The notes below the pieces were generated by a model that did no database searches, was not told the DNA's origin, and worked only from the letters and a program-made list of their open reading frames with translations. DNA of 63,259 bases, filler included, from Octopus bimaculoides (taxonomy: Eukaryota): NCBI RefSeq assembly GCF_001194135.2. It is 6 parts of 6 records of this genome, joined end to end, with 100 filler letters (N's around TTAATTAATTAA, not from the genome) between each part and the next. Parts side by side here need not be neighbours in the genome. Positions count along the whole stretch, not along the records: positions 32,552 to 55,965 come from NC_068982.1; positions 56,066 to 61,501 come from NC_068986.1; positions 61,602 to 63,259 come from NC_068987.1; 3 more parts are not named here. One strand, written 5' to 3'. A program made the position numbers and the translations under genes. This document shows, piece after piece, positions 50,870 through 63,062 of this stretch (its first letter is position 1; each line of letters starts with the position of its first letter).

Positions 50870-52395
50870 CAACTTTTCCTTTTTTATAAGGGTAAATACC
50901 CCATCTTTCTCTGCTATCCTTACAGCTTTACTTCGTAGGAGATTTACTTTCTTATCTGCAAAGTGTCATTCATATGCTTGTTTTGAACTCCAATCCCCAT
51001 TGTTTGACATGATAAGAAGAAATATTTATAAATGAAAGCTACCAGAAATATTCCTCTACGTTTGTGGTCAATATATGAATGTAGTTTTCAGTTTTAGCTA
51101 TTTCTATCAACCATTATCTAGAGTATTGTGTTGATATTTGTCAAAGTATGTGTATAACAGTTTATCTTTTGTTTATCTAGCATCTACTTTATGTTAAACA
51201 GAGTTAAACGCTCATATAAATATTAAACTCTCATATAAATTACTGGTTTTAAGGCAACATTTTGAAAAACTAGGAAAGAGTTAAAAATTTATTTTGTTTA
51301 ATAATTATGTTTATAAAATGATTTTAAAGTTTGATAGTTCCTGAGATCAGGATAAAAAAAGATTCAAATAAAAACAAAATGAAACGACACCACCCATTGC
51401 TTTCGTGGGTGATAAAATTGGAGAGAAAGAATGGTACAAGTCTTTCAGGAATATCTCTATACTCTCATAGTTTTACTGCTTTATGGGTTCTTGCCATCAG
51501 GCTGCAGCCATAGAGTTCACGATCAGAATATATCATTGTTTAATGCTTGAAATTATGTCATTTATTCTAAAAAATACCACTTATTGACTGAAGTTCTCAC
51601 TATATTTAATAAATTTTAGCAACTGCTACTAAACATATAACAGAATTCAGGATAGTTGCAAACGCAATACAGACAAGCAAACAGGAACTGATACTTCGAT
51701 TAATCGTCTTGAAGTTGCATTTTCTCCGTTTGCACCTGCTATATCTCCAATTCGGGCCATTGAGTTTTCCTAGAAGATAGAAAGACAAGAGTTAGTTTAT
51801 ATTTAAAACACGAAAATAAAACTCAACAACAGCAAATATATTGGTTTCTAATTTTAGTACAAGGCCAGCAATTTAGGGTGAGTGGGTAAGTGAATTACAT
51901 CGAGCCCAGCACTCAACAACTACTTATTTTATCTATCCCTAAAGGATGAAAGCCAAAGTGGACCTCGAGGGATTTGAACTCAGAATGTAAAGACGGACAA
52001 AATACCGCTAAATATTTTTGCGGGGTGGGTGTGGTTGTGGTGGTGTTGAACTGATATTTGTCAGCTTCATAAACATTGCTCTTATAAAAGCAGATGTTTT
52101 ATCAAAGCTGTTAAATTCCATGCCCTTTCTGAGTCAATTGCTGCTTAGGGTTTAGAGATTTTATATGTACACTGGATTAATAGAAACTTGATTTATAATG
52201 ACGTGGTACGTTGGCAGAGATATAAAAGATGACTAGAGTAAGACTGTTGTGGTTGAAATACTCGAAACGGTTATTATTAGACTTAATGAAGAAAAACAAA
52301 TACTACAGGTAACGCTTTATATAAGAATTCCTCCTACAATTATTACAATCATGCTGTTTGTTTGATCTTGTTTAAAGCCTTTTGTTTTGCTCCTC
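50870..52395 (-). repeat. Diverged inverted duplicate of about 38950-40940 (CD225 last intron, terminal exon, 3' flank)
   Basis: Colinear homology in reverse orientation, e.g. GAAAGCTACCAGAAATATTCCTCTAC (about 51033) vs GTAGAGGAATATTTCTGGTAGCTTTC (about 40733), and CACCCATTGCTTTCGTGG in both. Confidence 0.85.
51606..51769 (-). pseudogene. Frameshifted CD225/dispanin terminal exon (paralogue 2)
   Basis: TCTTCTAG acceptor then ENSMARIGDIAGANGENATSRRLIEVSVPV; a 1-nt deletion relative to copy 1 shifts the TM helix (VCIAFATILNSVICLVAVAKIY*) out of frame. Confidence 0.7.
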
Positions 52396-54579
52396 CTCTG
52401 TAGACATAACTCAGACAGAAGCAGCTGAACAATGGTCTTTTGTGGGTATGATGTAGGACATTGTACGTCAGAAGACCTGGTTACATCAAACACTGCATAA
52501 AAATACACGCATACCAGCACACTAGACTACTACAAGCAGTTAAAGATATAGGTTGGCCACCCCTGACGCCACCAAAAATGTGAGACAAGTGGCCGTTATT
52601 GACATTCTGTACGTCATACCAGTGTTGCCGATGAATGCCAGGACTTTATGTTTTTGTGCTTTTTACAACAATATGCTGTTTATTAGTTTTGATGGTTCTG
52701 TCTGAATATATGGGGAAGTCCGTAAGAACCGTTATGTTTTCTCCCTCAGTTATAATCTCACAGTAATGCTTTTACATTTTGTCAACAGTTTTGATTTTAT
52801 AATGCCGACATATTAACCAGGAAGAGATTGTTGGGGGTTGGCGAGAAAGTACTCAGACTCGCCGTGGCATTTTGAAGGTGAACTTTATGAATGCTAATTT
52901 ATTAAAGGTAATACATAAATGTAGTATATATGTATATATTCACACTCATTGATGGTCGCTCTCAGTAACTGTCTTTAGCTTACGGAGTTCTTGTTTTTAT
53001 AACTATCGAAAAGCAGTCAGAAGGATACACACATAGTCGAGAACAAGTGATTTCGTTGGAGGTCTGTTATCTCCATTCCAAACCCTGGTGGCCTAGAAGA
53101 GGTTAGAAGGGTCAAGTGACAAAGAAATTATTCTGCTTAGCGAAGGCATCTGAAAAATGTATAACTGCTGTCATTCACAGAAAAAACTATTGTTTTACCG
53201 TGAGAAAAGCGCTGTTGAAGTGTTAAGTGAAATTTGACAATCGCGGATCGAACCCACGCTATGCCTGCATGAAGCCACTACAAATACGTTGTGGAATAAA
53301 AATTTATCTTCTGTCATGGAATAAGTGTAACTGTAAAAATGCAGAATTATTGGAGTAATGGGCATTCAAAAAAGTATGTATATATAGAAATGTATAAATG
53401 AAGTCTTCAAGGTTTAAGATTCAAATCAAGGAAGTGCAATGATAATGTTTANNNNNNNNNNNNNNNNNNNNNNNNNNNNNNNNNNNNNNNNNNNNNNNNN
53501 NNNNNNNNNNNNNNNNNNNNNNNNNNNNNNNNNNNNNNNNNNNNNNNNNNNNNNNNNNNNNNNNNNNNNNNNNNNNNNNNNNNNNNNNNNNNNNNNNNNN
53601 NNNNNNNNNNNNNNNNNNNNNNNNNNNNNNNNNNNNNNNNNNNNNNNNNNNNNNNNNNNNNNNNNNNNNNNNNNNNNNNNNNNNNNNNNNNNNNNNNNNN
53701 NNNNNNNNNNNNNNNNNNNNNNNNNNNNNNNNNNNNNNNNNNNNNNNNNNNNNNNNNNNNNNNNNNNNNNNNNNNNNNNNNNNNNNNNNNNNNNNNNNNN
53801 NNNNNNNNNNNNNNNNNNNNNNNNNNNNNNNNTTTTAAGCATTCAAAGCATGAGTTCATTGTATTGGGACACACTTATTGAATATGTTCTGGAATCAAAA
53901 TTTTATGTACTGTCATCGAGAACTTTTAACAGGAAAAATGCAGAATTATCGGAGTTATGGGTATTGAAAGTGTGCATGCATCAAGAAAGTGCAATAATAA
54001 GGTTTAGCAGTTGAAAACTGTGAGTAGTGAAATGCAGAATTAGGTCCGCTGATCGTGAGAATCAAATATTGATCGCTTCGCTAAAAACTAACAACTGTAA
54101 ATGCAGGTGCTATAGGTTATTTCCCTTGAGTGTTTAAAAAATATTGTGCAGGTGCTATGGGTTATTTCCTTTGGGTGTTTTAAAAAATTAGTTATATGAG
54201 GTACATATAAAGATCCTTTCCAGGGACTGTATTATTGATTTTTTCAACAATCTAAGTATGTCACGAGGTTTCCAGACATGACTTCTACTCACGTGTCAAG
54301 TTTCATCAAAATGAATAAACGATGTAGGAGGAGTTAGCTAACAACACCACAAACAAACACACTCCGATTTTCCACATATGTAGTAGATATGTATGTATGC
54401 ATGTACTCGGAGAATAAAAATCATTTCAGATAAGAACAGATTATGTAATCAAACGAGTCTTGTGATCAAACTGAATGAGACACAAATATTTAATTAAGCT
54501 TTACATGTAGCTATCAAGTTTTTCACTTCTCCCATAGTTGTTAGTATATTTTCTGGATTTGGGGAAGTCTTAGAGGGTT

Positions 54580-54900
54580 CAACATACAAATTTAAGCTAG
54601 GTCAAACTTTTACCATAAAAAGTCACTTCAACTGTACATCGAAGAACATAATCTATGTTCTCAAATGTGGAGGGTGTAGGGAAGACTACATAGGGACAGA
54701 CTAACGGTACACAGGCAACAAATCCGGGCCTCTACGATCAGGAAAATTGCTGTAAGCAAACTTCTAGGCCAATGCCCCGCAAACATAAACCCGAAATACC
54801 AAATCTTCCCGCTTTATCAATGCACCAGAAACACTTCAACCCAATTCTGTTTGAATAAGGAAAGCATGCTCGTTAAAAATATAAACCACAGTTGAATATC
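54580..54900 (+). mobile_element. Penelope-like element GIY-YIG endonuclease relic
   Basis: FTIKSHFNCTSKNIIYVLKCGGCREDYIG, then (frameshifted) LTVHRQQIR...YQIFPLYQC...KESML..KYKPQLN. Confidence 0.8.
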
Positions 54901-56085
54901 TTTTAGAAAGAAGACGAAACACTAAAAAGAAAAAGCGACCCAATTTCTCCACAAAAAATCAATTAGATACAACAAACGGGATTTAAAAACTTTAGTAACA
55001 GTGTTCCACGCGGATTTCGAAACCGCAACTCCAAATCACCACACAATAACACCATACAGACACCAGTTTCTGACGTAACCTAACTCTAAACCAATGAAAT
55101 TTTACAAACACCAGCTGCTGGCGTCACCTAACCCTAGACCAATGAAAATTTTTCCTCCGATCAAAACCGAACTTCAGTAAATACAACAAAATCACCCTTG
55201 GAGAGAATCAACCAACTGGAACAGCTGATGACCGTTCCCAACAGGTAAGTCAATCAGGTAGAACGACAAACTTGACCACCAGAAAGATAAGACGTCATCA
55301 GTACTTTTATGAATCAAAAATCGGATCTCTTCACGGAAAAAGATACAAATACACTGGATTCCAAAAAAAAAAAAAAAAACGCCGTTACAAGTGAAAGTCC
55401 CTGCACACGACGGTAAAAGAATCACGGAAACTGTAACAAAACCCTTTTTTCTTTCATTATCTTTATTACTCCCTTGTTTTTCTCCTCTTAACTCAGGATG
55501 ACCGAACTTTCGATGACCCACATTTCTTATCAACCAGTTCTAGCACTATTGAATATTGTGTATTTAAGCAAGACGATCTACAATTATTCTATTATTGAAT
55601 GTTGCGAACATTTAAATCATATTTGATATCATTGAATCTTGTAAACACTGAATCTTTTAAACATGCTTTTCTACTTCTCAATTTGAAATTTTTCCCATTG
55701 ATAAACAAAAAATATTGTCGAAATTAGTTTAGTATGTATGCAAATAAATTTATTTAAAAACAGTTACAAGTTTTTCAAATTCAGGTGCATTTTCAACAAC
55801 AAATTTTCCTATATTTTTTCCTGCGTGGAAATACACACCCTCCTTTGTATTATATATATATGTATATATACATGTGCAAATCTATACATATAAGTACGTA
55901 TATTTACCTATATTTGTATCATTGAGCGCACGTATATTTATATCAATGAATTCATAAAGTATACGNNNNNNNNNNNNNNNNNNNNNNNNNNNNNNNNNNN
56001 NNNNNNNNNTTAATTAATTAANNNNNNNNNNNNNNNNNNNNNNNNNNNNNNNNNNNNNNNNNNNNTTTTATTCATATAAAAGAAG

Positions 56086-56330
56086 AAAATGAAAATTAGG
56101 AAGTTAATAATTTTGCATTCCAACGCTTTTGATCTTGAACTGAACTATTCAACAGTTTATCTTCTTTATCTTGTTTTGCTCTATTCCCTCTGTCATTTTG
56201 GAGGATGTCGCATGCGTGTGACTCTTCAATCTCTTTTGATAGCGCTCTGTAAAGTTTTGTAACCTTTTTTGTCTTTACTTCCCTCCCTCTTTTTCTTTTT
56301 TCTTCTTCCACCCCAACTTCATTCTTAAAT
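56086..56330 (-). mobile_element. Probable L1/Tx1-like LINE ORF2 fragment
   Basis: Track ORF ...KVTKLYRALSKEIEESHACDILQNDRG...LLNSSVQDQKRWNAK resembles the EN-RT linker; family assignment tentative. Confidence 0.35.
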
Positions 56331-56339
56331 ATTCGTTGC

Positions 56340-57411
56340 TCTTTATCTCCCAACCAGCGACGACTGCCGATTGGTGGGGTTGTCACCACTTTAACTCATC
56401 CATTCTTGGTGGCGGAGGCATGCGTCAAACGACCAAGAAACCTGCCTGGTGGAGCAACTATGTGATAATAGATCAACCTCTGACCTCTCATTCTCCACCA
56501 ACTTCGGTACGCTCGAGAGAAGCTAACCTCTCTACACCACGGGTTCCGATCGGAATTAACCCTATCAACCCACCACTCCTACAACTTTCAACCCCCACCC
56601 TCACCACCCGACCTTCGTTACAGCTCCACGGATGGAAACAGAATTAACCCTGCCAACCCTAACTCCAACAATTTTTAACCCTCCACCCGACCTCCGTTCT
56701 AGTCCCACCTTTGGAACTAATGCTGCATTCCCTGGACTGAGTTCCAATGCTTAGCCCTCTACTGTCGGTCGATGCTAGTTCGCCACCTGACTGTGCTGTC
56801 TGTGCTCGCACTATCCGTTACTTAAAGACAATTGATTGTCACCTGTGCCACCAAAATTACCACAGGAGTTGTGTCCGCATCCACAATGCTCAAGCCGAAA
56901 GTTTTCCATAATGGGACCTGCAGTCAGTGCCACTTCAGCTCCGACGCACTCCGTGGAGACGCCTCGCACTCCGTGGAGACGCCTCGCACTCCGTCAACCA
57001 GCTCTCTACAAAGAACTTTGCTGTAACCTTCCAGGGTTTATTTAAGTCGAAGCTCGTTAACCGGATTCCTAAGGGAGCTCGGAATAGATTTGCTCGCGCG
57101 CTCTCCAGCTTGTTGAAAAACATATGTTTATTCAACAATGCGTTCGACTGGCAGGAACTGTTTCTGTTCCCCCACATCTCTCTCCACGTGCACGATGTGA
57201 AATCGGGCTCCCTCACTTCCTCACTCAAGTGACAGTTCCAGCTATTTGAGTCCACCTCGACCACTTCTCACCTCAATTTGACATCGAGTACGGTGCCTAC
57301 CGACAGGCAACCGATAAATCTTAATGCTAAATTCAGTGAATTTAACATAAAAGGGGCTGTCTGTCTCCTCTCTTCTCTATCCTCCATCGCTCCGTGTGAC
57401 TCTGAGTCACT
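56340..57411 (+). mobile_element. CRE-clade non-LTR retrotransposon 5' portion with a PHD-type zinc finger, truncated by a gap
   Basis: CAVCARTIRYLKTIDCHLCHQNYHRSC...(frameshift)TCSQC at 56792-56930, then KLVNRIPKGARNRFARALSSLL...DWQELFLF...SLTSSLK*...KFSEFNIKGAVCLLSS..SIAP, the pre-RT block I recognise from CRE elements. Confidence 0.65.
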
Positions 57412-58155
57412 NNNNNNNNNNNNNNNNNNNNNNNNNNNNNNNNNNNNNNNNNNNNNNNNNNNNNNNNNNNNNNNNNNNNNNNNNNNNNNNNNNNNNNNNN
57501 NNNNNNNNNNNNNNNNNNNNNNNNNNNNNNNNNNNNNNNNNNNNNNNNNNNNNNNNNNNNNNNNNNNNNNNNNNNNNNNNNNNNNNNNNNNNNNNNNNNN
57601 NNNNNNNNNNNNNNNNNNNNNNNNNNNNNNNNNNNNNNNNNNNNNNNNNNNNNNNNNNNNNNNNNNNNNNNNNNNNNNNNNNNNNNNNNNNNNNNNNNNN
57701 NNNNNNNNNNNNNNNNNNNNNNNNNNNNNNNNNNNNNNNNNNNNNNNNNNNNNNNNNNNNNNNNNNNNNNNNNNNNNNNNNNNNNNNNNNNNNNNNNNNN
57801 NNNNNNNNNNNNNNNNNNNNNNNNNNNNNNNNNNNNNNNNNNNNNNNNNNNNNNNNNNNNNNNNNNNNNNNNNNNNNNNNNNNNNNNNNNNNNNNNNNNN
57901 NNNNNNNNNNNNNNNNNNNNNNNNNNNNNNNNNNNNNNNNNNNNNNNNNNNNNNNNNNNNNNNNNNNNNNNNNNNNNNNNNNNNNNNNNNNNNNNNNNNN
58001 NNNNNNNNNNNNNNNNNNNNNNNNNNNNNNNTTTTTTTTGAATATTACACATGGTGGAAAACTGTTTTCCTGTCACGTCTTATAATAACAATGATGAGAA
58101 AAAGGCGGCGAGCTGGCAGAAACGTTAGCACGCCGGTCGAACTGCTTAGCGGTAT

Positions 58156-59548
58156 AACGTCTCTGTGAATTATTGTGAAGACTGCTGTGTTACTTTGTGA
58201 AAACTGTGTGAATTACTGTAAGTTGTCTCTGTGAATAATTGTGAATTTTTGTGGAATTATTGTTGTTACGTTTCACGCGAGCCGCTGTTTTTTTTCCCCC
58301 AGCTGTGGCGAGTGGTAGGGTCTCCAGTATGGAGAGCTACGCCAGGGCCACTGCGGGGAAGAAGCCAGTGATGCTGAAAACCAAGTTGATCAAGCTGGAT
58401 ATGGAGGAGGTGAGCAGAAGCAGTAATTTGATAGAAGTAGAGGGAGACTCATACAAATTGTCCCCACCAAAAGAGACCAAAGAAGACAAAATTCTGAGGA
58501 CAGTAGTGTATCGTACATAGGCTGTCGAAACCTGTAAAATTGAAATGGTGACGGAAGAGGAAATCGAGGAGTGCCTGGGTGAAATTGTGAATGAAGCCAC
58601 GTACATGAGCAGAGGAAGAAAGTTCGGTACGGTAGAGGTGAGGTTCGCCACTATAGAAGAGGTTACCAAACATGCCACCAACATTTTAAGAAATACAAAA
58701 ATAGCATTACTACCAAGTTATAGAGGAAGAAGTGTGAGAATACGTATTTCCAGAGTTCCACCAGAAATCAAACCGGNNNNNNNNNNAACATTGTAGACCA
58801 CACTGAGGAAATGAAAGAGAGACAGAAGTGTGAAACAGAGAAAACAAAGGAGAAGAACGAAAATGGAGCTACTAACCCTAAAAAGCGAAAGAAAAATAAG
58901 TCAAAGGAACGGTCAACAGAAAACAAAAACGAGATACAAAAGCCAGAAACTAATAATGTACAAGAAGAGGAGGAGAGAATGGATAAAGATGTCAAATACA
59001 AGGGGTTTTTGATAAAGTACGAGAAGAGCGAACAGATGGAGAGAAAAGTCGTGAAGTTGGAGGAAATAATAAGAGTGAAGATAACAGAGAAATGTGCTGA
59101 GAAATGCATTTTGATACTCGAGGAAAACTACTGGGAGTACATACACTTGGTGAAAATATAATAATGAAACGTGTATGGTTGGTGGAGACACCACCCCTTA
59201 AAACTGATTATTTGCAGTTGATAAGGCAGAAGTAACAGTGATTAATGGGAGAAAAGTAACGCGAGTGTTTCAATTTTTTTAGTTGCAAAACCGTTAAAAT
59301 GTTTACATGATGTTGAACGTGAAAGTGAAAAACTGGATAAATGTAACCACCCGACTTCGGGGACGAGTGGACATTGCGCCTCATTTTTTCATTCTTGCAT
59401 ATCATCATTTTATTTTAATTTTTCTTCTAATATTATCATTGTAATTTTTAGTTCCTCGATTTTATGTTTGTTGCGTTTTGTACCATCTTTATGTCTTGTG
59501 ATGTCTTAAAAATGCTTTGTATAGCTCTTTTTGGGTAATAAAGAAATA
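58156..59548 (+). mobile_element. ORF1-only non-autonomous retroelement (L1/Tx1-like RRM ORF1) inserted in a SINE-B head
   Basis: SYARATAGKKPV...IEECLGEIVNEATYMSRGRKFGTVEVRFATIEE...LLPSYRGRSVRIRISRVPPE plus a Lys/Glu-rich tail; no RT; GGTAT repeated at 58151-58155 and 59549-59553; host SINE halves at 58104-58155 and 59549-59732. Confidence 0.65.
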
Positions 59549-59880
59549 GGTATTTCATCTGCCGTTACGTTCTGAGTTCAAATTCCGCCGAAGTCGACTT
59601 TGCCTTTCATCCTTTCGGGGTCGATAAATAAAGTACCAGTTATGCACTGGGGTCGATGTAATCAACTTAATCCTTTTGTCTGTCCTTGTTTGTCCCCTCT
59701 CTGTTTAGCCCCTTGTGGGCAATAAAGAAATAAGAAACGTTAGCACGCCGGGCGAAATGCTTAGCGGTATTTCGTCTGTCTTTATGTTCTGAGTTCAAAT
59801 TCCGCTGAAGTCGACTTTGCCTTTCATCCTTTCATGGTCGATAAGTTAAGTACCAGTTACATACTGGGTCGGTCTAATCG
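59549..59880 (+). mobile_element. SINE-B body followed by a head-clipped SINE-A
   Basis: Junction AATAAAGAAATA|AGAAACGTTAGCACGCCGGGCG at 59732/59733, as at 39662/39663. Confidence 0.8.
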
Positions 59881-61601
59881 NNNNNNNNNNNNNNNNNNNN
59901 NNNNNNNNNNNNNNNNNNNNNNNNNNNNNNNNNNNNNNNNNNNNNNNNNNNNNNNNNNNNNNNNNNNNNNNNNNNNNNNNNNNNNNNNNNNNNNNNNNNN
60001 NNNNNNNNNNNNNNNNNNNNNNNNNNNNNNNNNNNNNNNNNNNNNNNNNNNNNNNNNNNNNNNNNNNNNNNNNNNNNNNNNNNNNNNNNNNNNNNNNNNN
60101 NNNNNNNNNNNNNNNNNNNNNNNNNNNNNNNNNNNNNNNNNNNNNNNNNNNNNNNNNNNNNNNNNNNNNNNNNNNNNNNNNNNNNNNNNNNNNNNNNNNN
60201 NNNNNNNNNNNNNNNNNNNNNNNNNNNNNNNNNNNNNNNNNNNNNNNNNNNNNNNNNNNNNNNNNNNNNNNCAATTTCCGTCTACCCAATCCATTTACAA
60301 GGTTTTGGTTGACACCCAGGCTATAGTTGAAGACGCTTGCCTAAAGTACCACGCAGTGGGACTGAACCTGGAACCATGTGGTTGGAAGCAAACTATGTTA
60401 ACAAAATCAAAATATCCAAGAAAAATGATCTGAAATATCTCATTCATCTTAAAAGACTTAGGTTCTAAGTTCAAATTCCGCCGATGAAATTAGTACCTGT
60501 CAAGTACTGTGGTGATGTAATCGACAAGGCCCTCCAACCAGCGAAAAAAAAAAAACAAAAAAAAAAACAAAAAAACAATCAGGCTTTGTGTAAAAAGAAG
60601 TAGAAAGAATTATTCATTCATTGCCGTTGCTAGCTGTAACGTAAACAACATTCTTAATTACTATTGAACCGAGTTCGTTAAACAGGATCATGTTTTAGCA
60701 TGATATTTATATTTTGACATCTGGTGCAATAAATAACTTGTTTTCAGTGGTTTAATTTTGAATACGACGTATATTGTTGATTTGGAGCAGGTGAAAGGAG
60801 ACGGAAATAGACAGACAGACAGATAAAGAGAGAGAAAGAGAGAGAGAGAGAGGGGGAGAAATTGGATGGTTAGAGAAAACTAGGTAGTTAGATACATCGA
60901 TACATAGGCAGACGGACACACGGAGACACCCACACACTAGCTTTCTATCTCGTCGATGCCGTACATTAGAATACTTTGGCGGATTTTCGGAACAGTACAC
61001 ACACATAAATTGGATTTTATCCGTTTTGACGAGGATTTTTCAATTTGTTTTTCCTCCACGTCTTTGCGAATGATGGGGAAGATCTTTGTGAAAAAAGTTG
61101 TAGTGGAACCTCTCTCTCGGGCATTAAATCATAAATGATAACGAATCGGCTAACATCTAGCCTTCGGCTGCCTTGGAACCTTGTGTCCATCACCCTGATT
61201 GGTTCTCATTTGCGCGGCAATTGTCCCCAGTTCTGTTTCGCGTCAGGGTGCATACAGTCCAATCGTGGCCTTACAAAAGGTCACGTGAGAGAGAGGTTCC
61301 ACTACAAAGTTTTTTAGAAAATTATGCGTCCTCCCTCCCCACCTTGACTGGTTTCGTCCACTTTATTTTTTTTTGCACTACGCACTAAAAAGCAACGGGA
61401 GACGCCTTTTCGGTGAAAATGAAAACGCAAATTTTTGAAAATTTATTAATTTTTTCAGTCCTTTTCCCCATTCAGTACCGATTTTGATAAATTTGTTTAA
61501 CNNNNNNNNNNNNNNNNNNNNNNNNNNNNNNNNNNNNNNNNNNNNTTAATTAATTAANNNNNNNNNNNNNNNNNNNNNNNNNNNNNNNNNNNNNNNNNNN
61601 N

Positions 61602-61812
61602 GAACTCATCGATGAAAATCCAATGTCACATATAGAAAAATTAATAAGTAAAAGCACAATTAATAGATATAATACAATACTACGTAAATATAAGATAAAG
61701 ATAATATTATCTTTATCTTATGATATTTACTTTGTATTATATTATACTTATTTATTGTGCTTTTACTTATTAATTTTTCTATATGCGACAGCGAATTTTC
61801 ATCGATGAGTTC
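61602..61812. repeat. 211-bp loopless AT-rich palindrome (left end at a gap)
   Basis: GAACTCATCGATGAAAAT...ATTTTCATCGATGAGTTC with centre ATAAT|ATTAT at 61705/61706; the same peptide (SHIEKLISKSTIN) appears on both strands in the ORF track. Confidence 0.85.
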
Positions 61813-61941
61813 ATGAACCTTGGTTCTTTTCCCTAAAACTATATATTTATATATATTTAATATTGTGAAACTTAATATAATTTTCATTTTTAATAAATTG
61901 ATTTTAATTGAGTTTTTACCTGTAATTTTGGATATTATCCC

Positions 61942-62023
<82 letters not shown>

Positions 62024-62129
62024 GAGAGGCATGTATGTATGTATGTATGCATGCATGTATGTATGTATTTGTCGGCATGTTTATCTGACTGTATATATAT
62101 TTATATATTTATCTGCCGAGCAATCAACT

Positions 62130-62178
<49 letters not shown>

Positions 62179-62886
62179 TTATCTATGTGCTTGTCAATCA
62201 ATCTATCTTTATGCCAAACTCCCTACGGTCTATACCTCCATTCTCTGCGTTTTGACATACCAAAAATATTAAGTTCTGCCACCCATCCAGCCATCGAGCC
62301 AAACACCCTGCCAGCCGTCCTCCTACCCTTCCAAGCCCTACCATCCCACCCGTCAGTCATCTAACACTAAACCGATCACCCCTACCCGAATTCTCTCACA
62401 CCCCTACCCGCACTCCACTGCACCTTCTACCATCTGTTCTGTAAGAAAGATTTCTAAACATTCTCGCCTTCTACACGTGTCTCTCTATCAAGTCAATCTG
62501 AACAGTTTGTTTACGCCTGACGCTCTGCTTCTCTCCCTCCCTCCTTCTTTATCTCCGTCCCTTCTTCCCTCTCTCACTCTGTCTCTCTCTCCTTCACTCT
62601 TTGTGTCTATCTTTTCCTCTCTCTCTCTCTCTCTTTCCTCATCGTCGTCAGTACGATAATTACAAAATTGCCACACGCATCACCTTGACCTACCAGCAAC
62701 TCCGGCAACCACCACAACCACCACCAGGTAGAGGGAGAAAGAGAGAAGAGAAAGAGAAAAGAAGGCGTATGAAGAAAAGATCTGTCTCTCTATCTGTTTA
62801 TCTATCTATCTATCTATATTCATATGCATGCGCGCGCGCGTGTTTGTGGTGGGGGTGTTTTGTTTGTGTTTGTGTCCGTGTGGGAA

Positions 62887-63062
62887 ATACCAAAAAACTT
62901 TTATAACATTTTTCTGACATAATTTAAATATATACTTTATATATATATGTAAAAGATAATAAGAGTGAAAAAACTACAGAAGGCTTGTGTTACATGGTTA
63001 AAGTATATATTTAAATTATGTCAGAAAAATGTTACAAAAATGTTATAAAATCTTTTTGGTAT
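62887..63062. repeat. Fold-back with a 36-bp perfect inverted repeat
   Basis: TAACATTTTTCTGACATAATTTAAATATATACTTTA at 62904-62939 is the reverse complement of 62999-63034; outer arms also partly pair. Confidence 0.75.
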
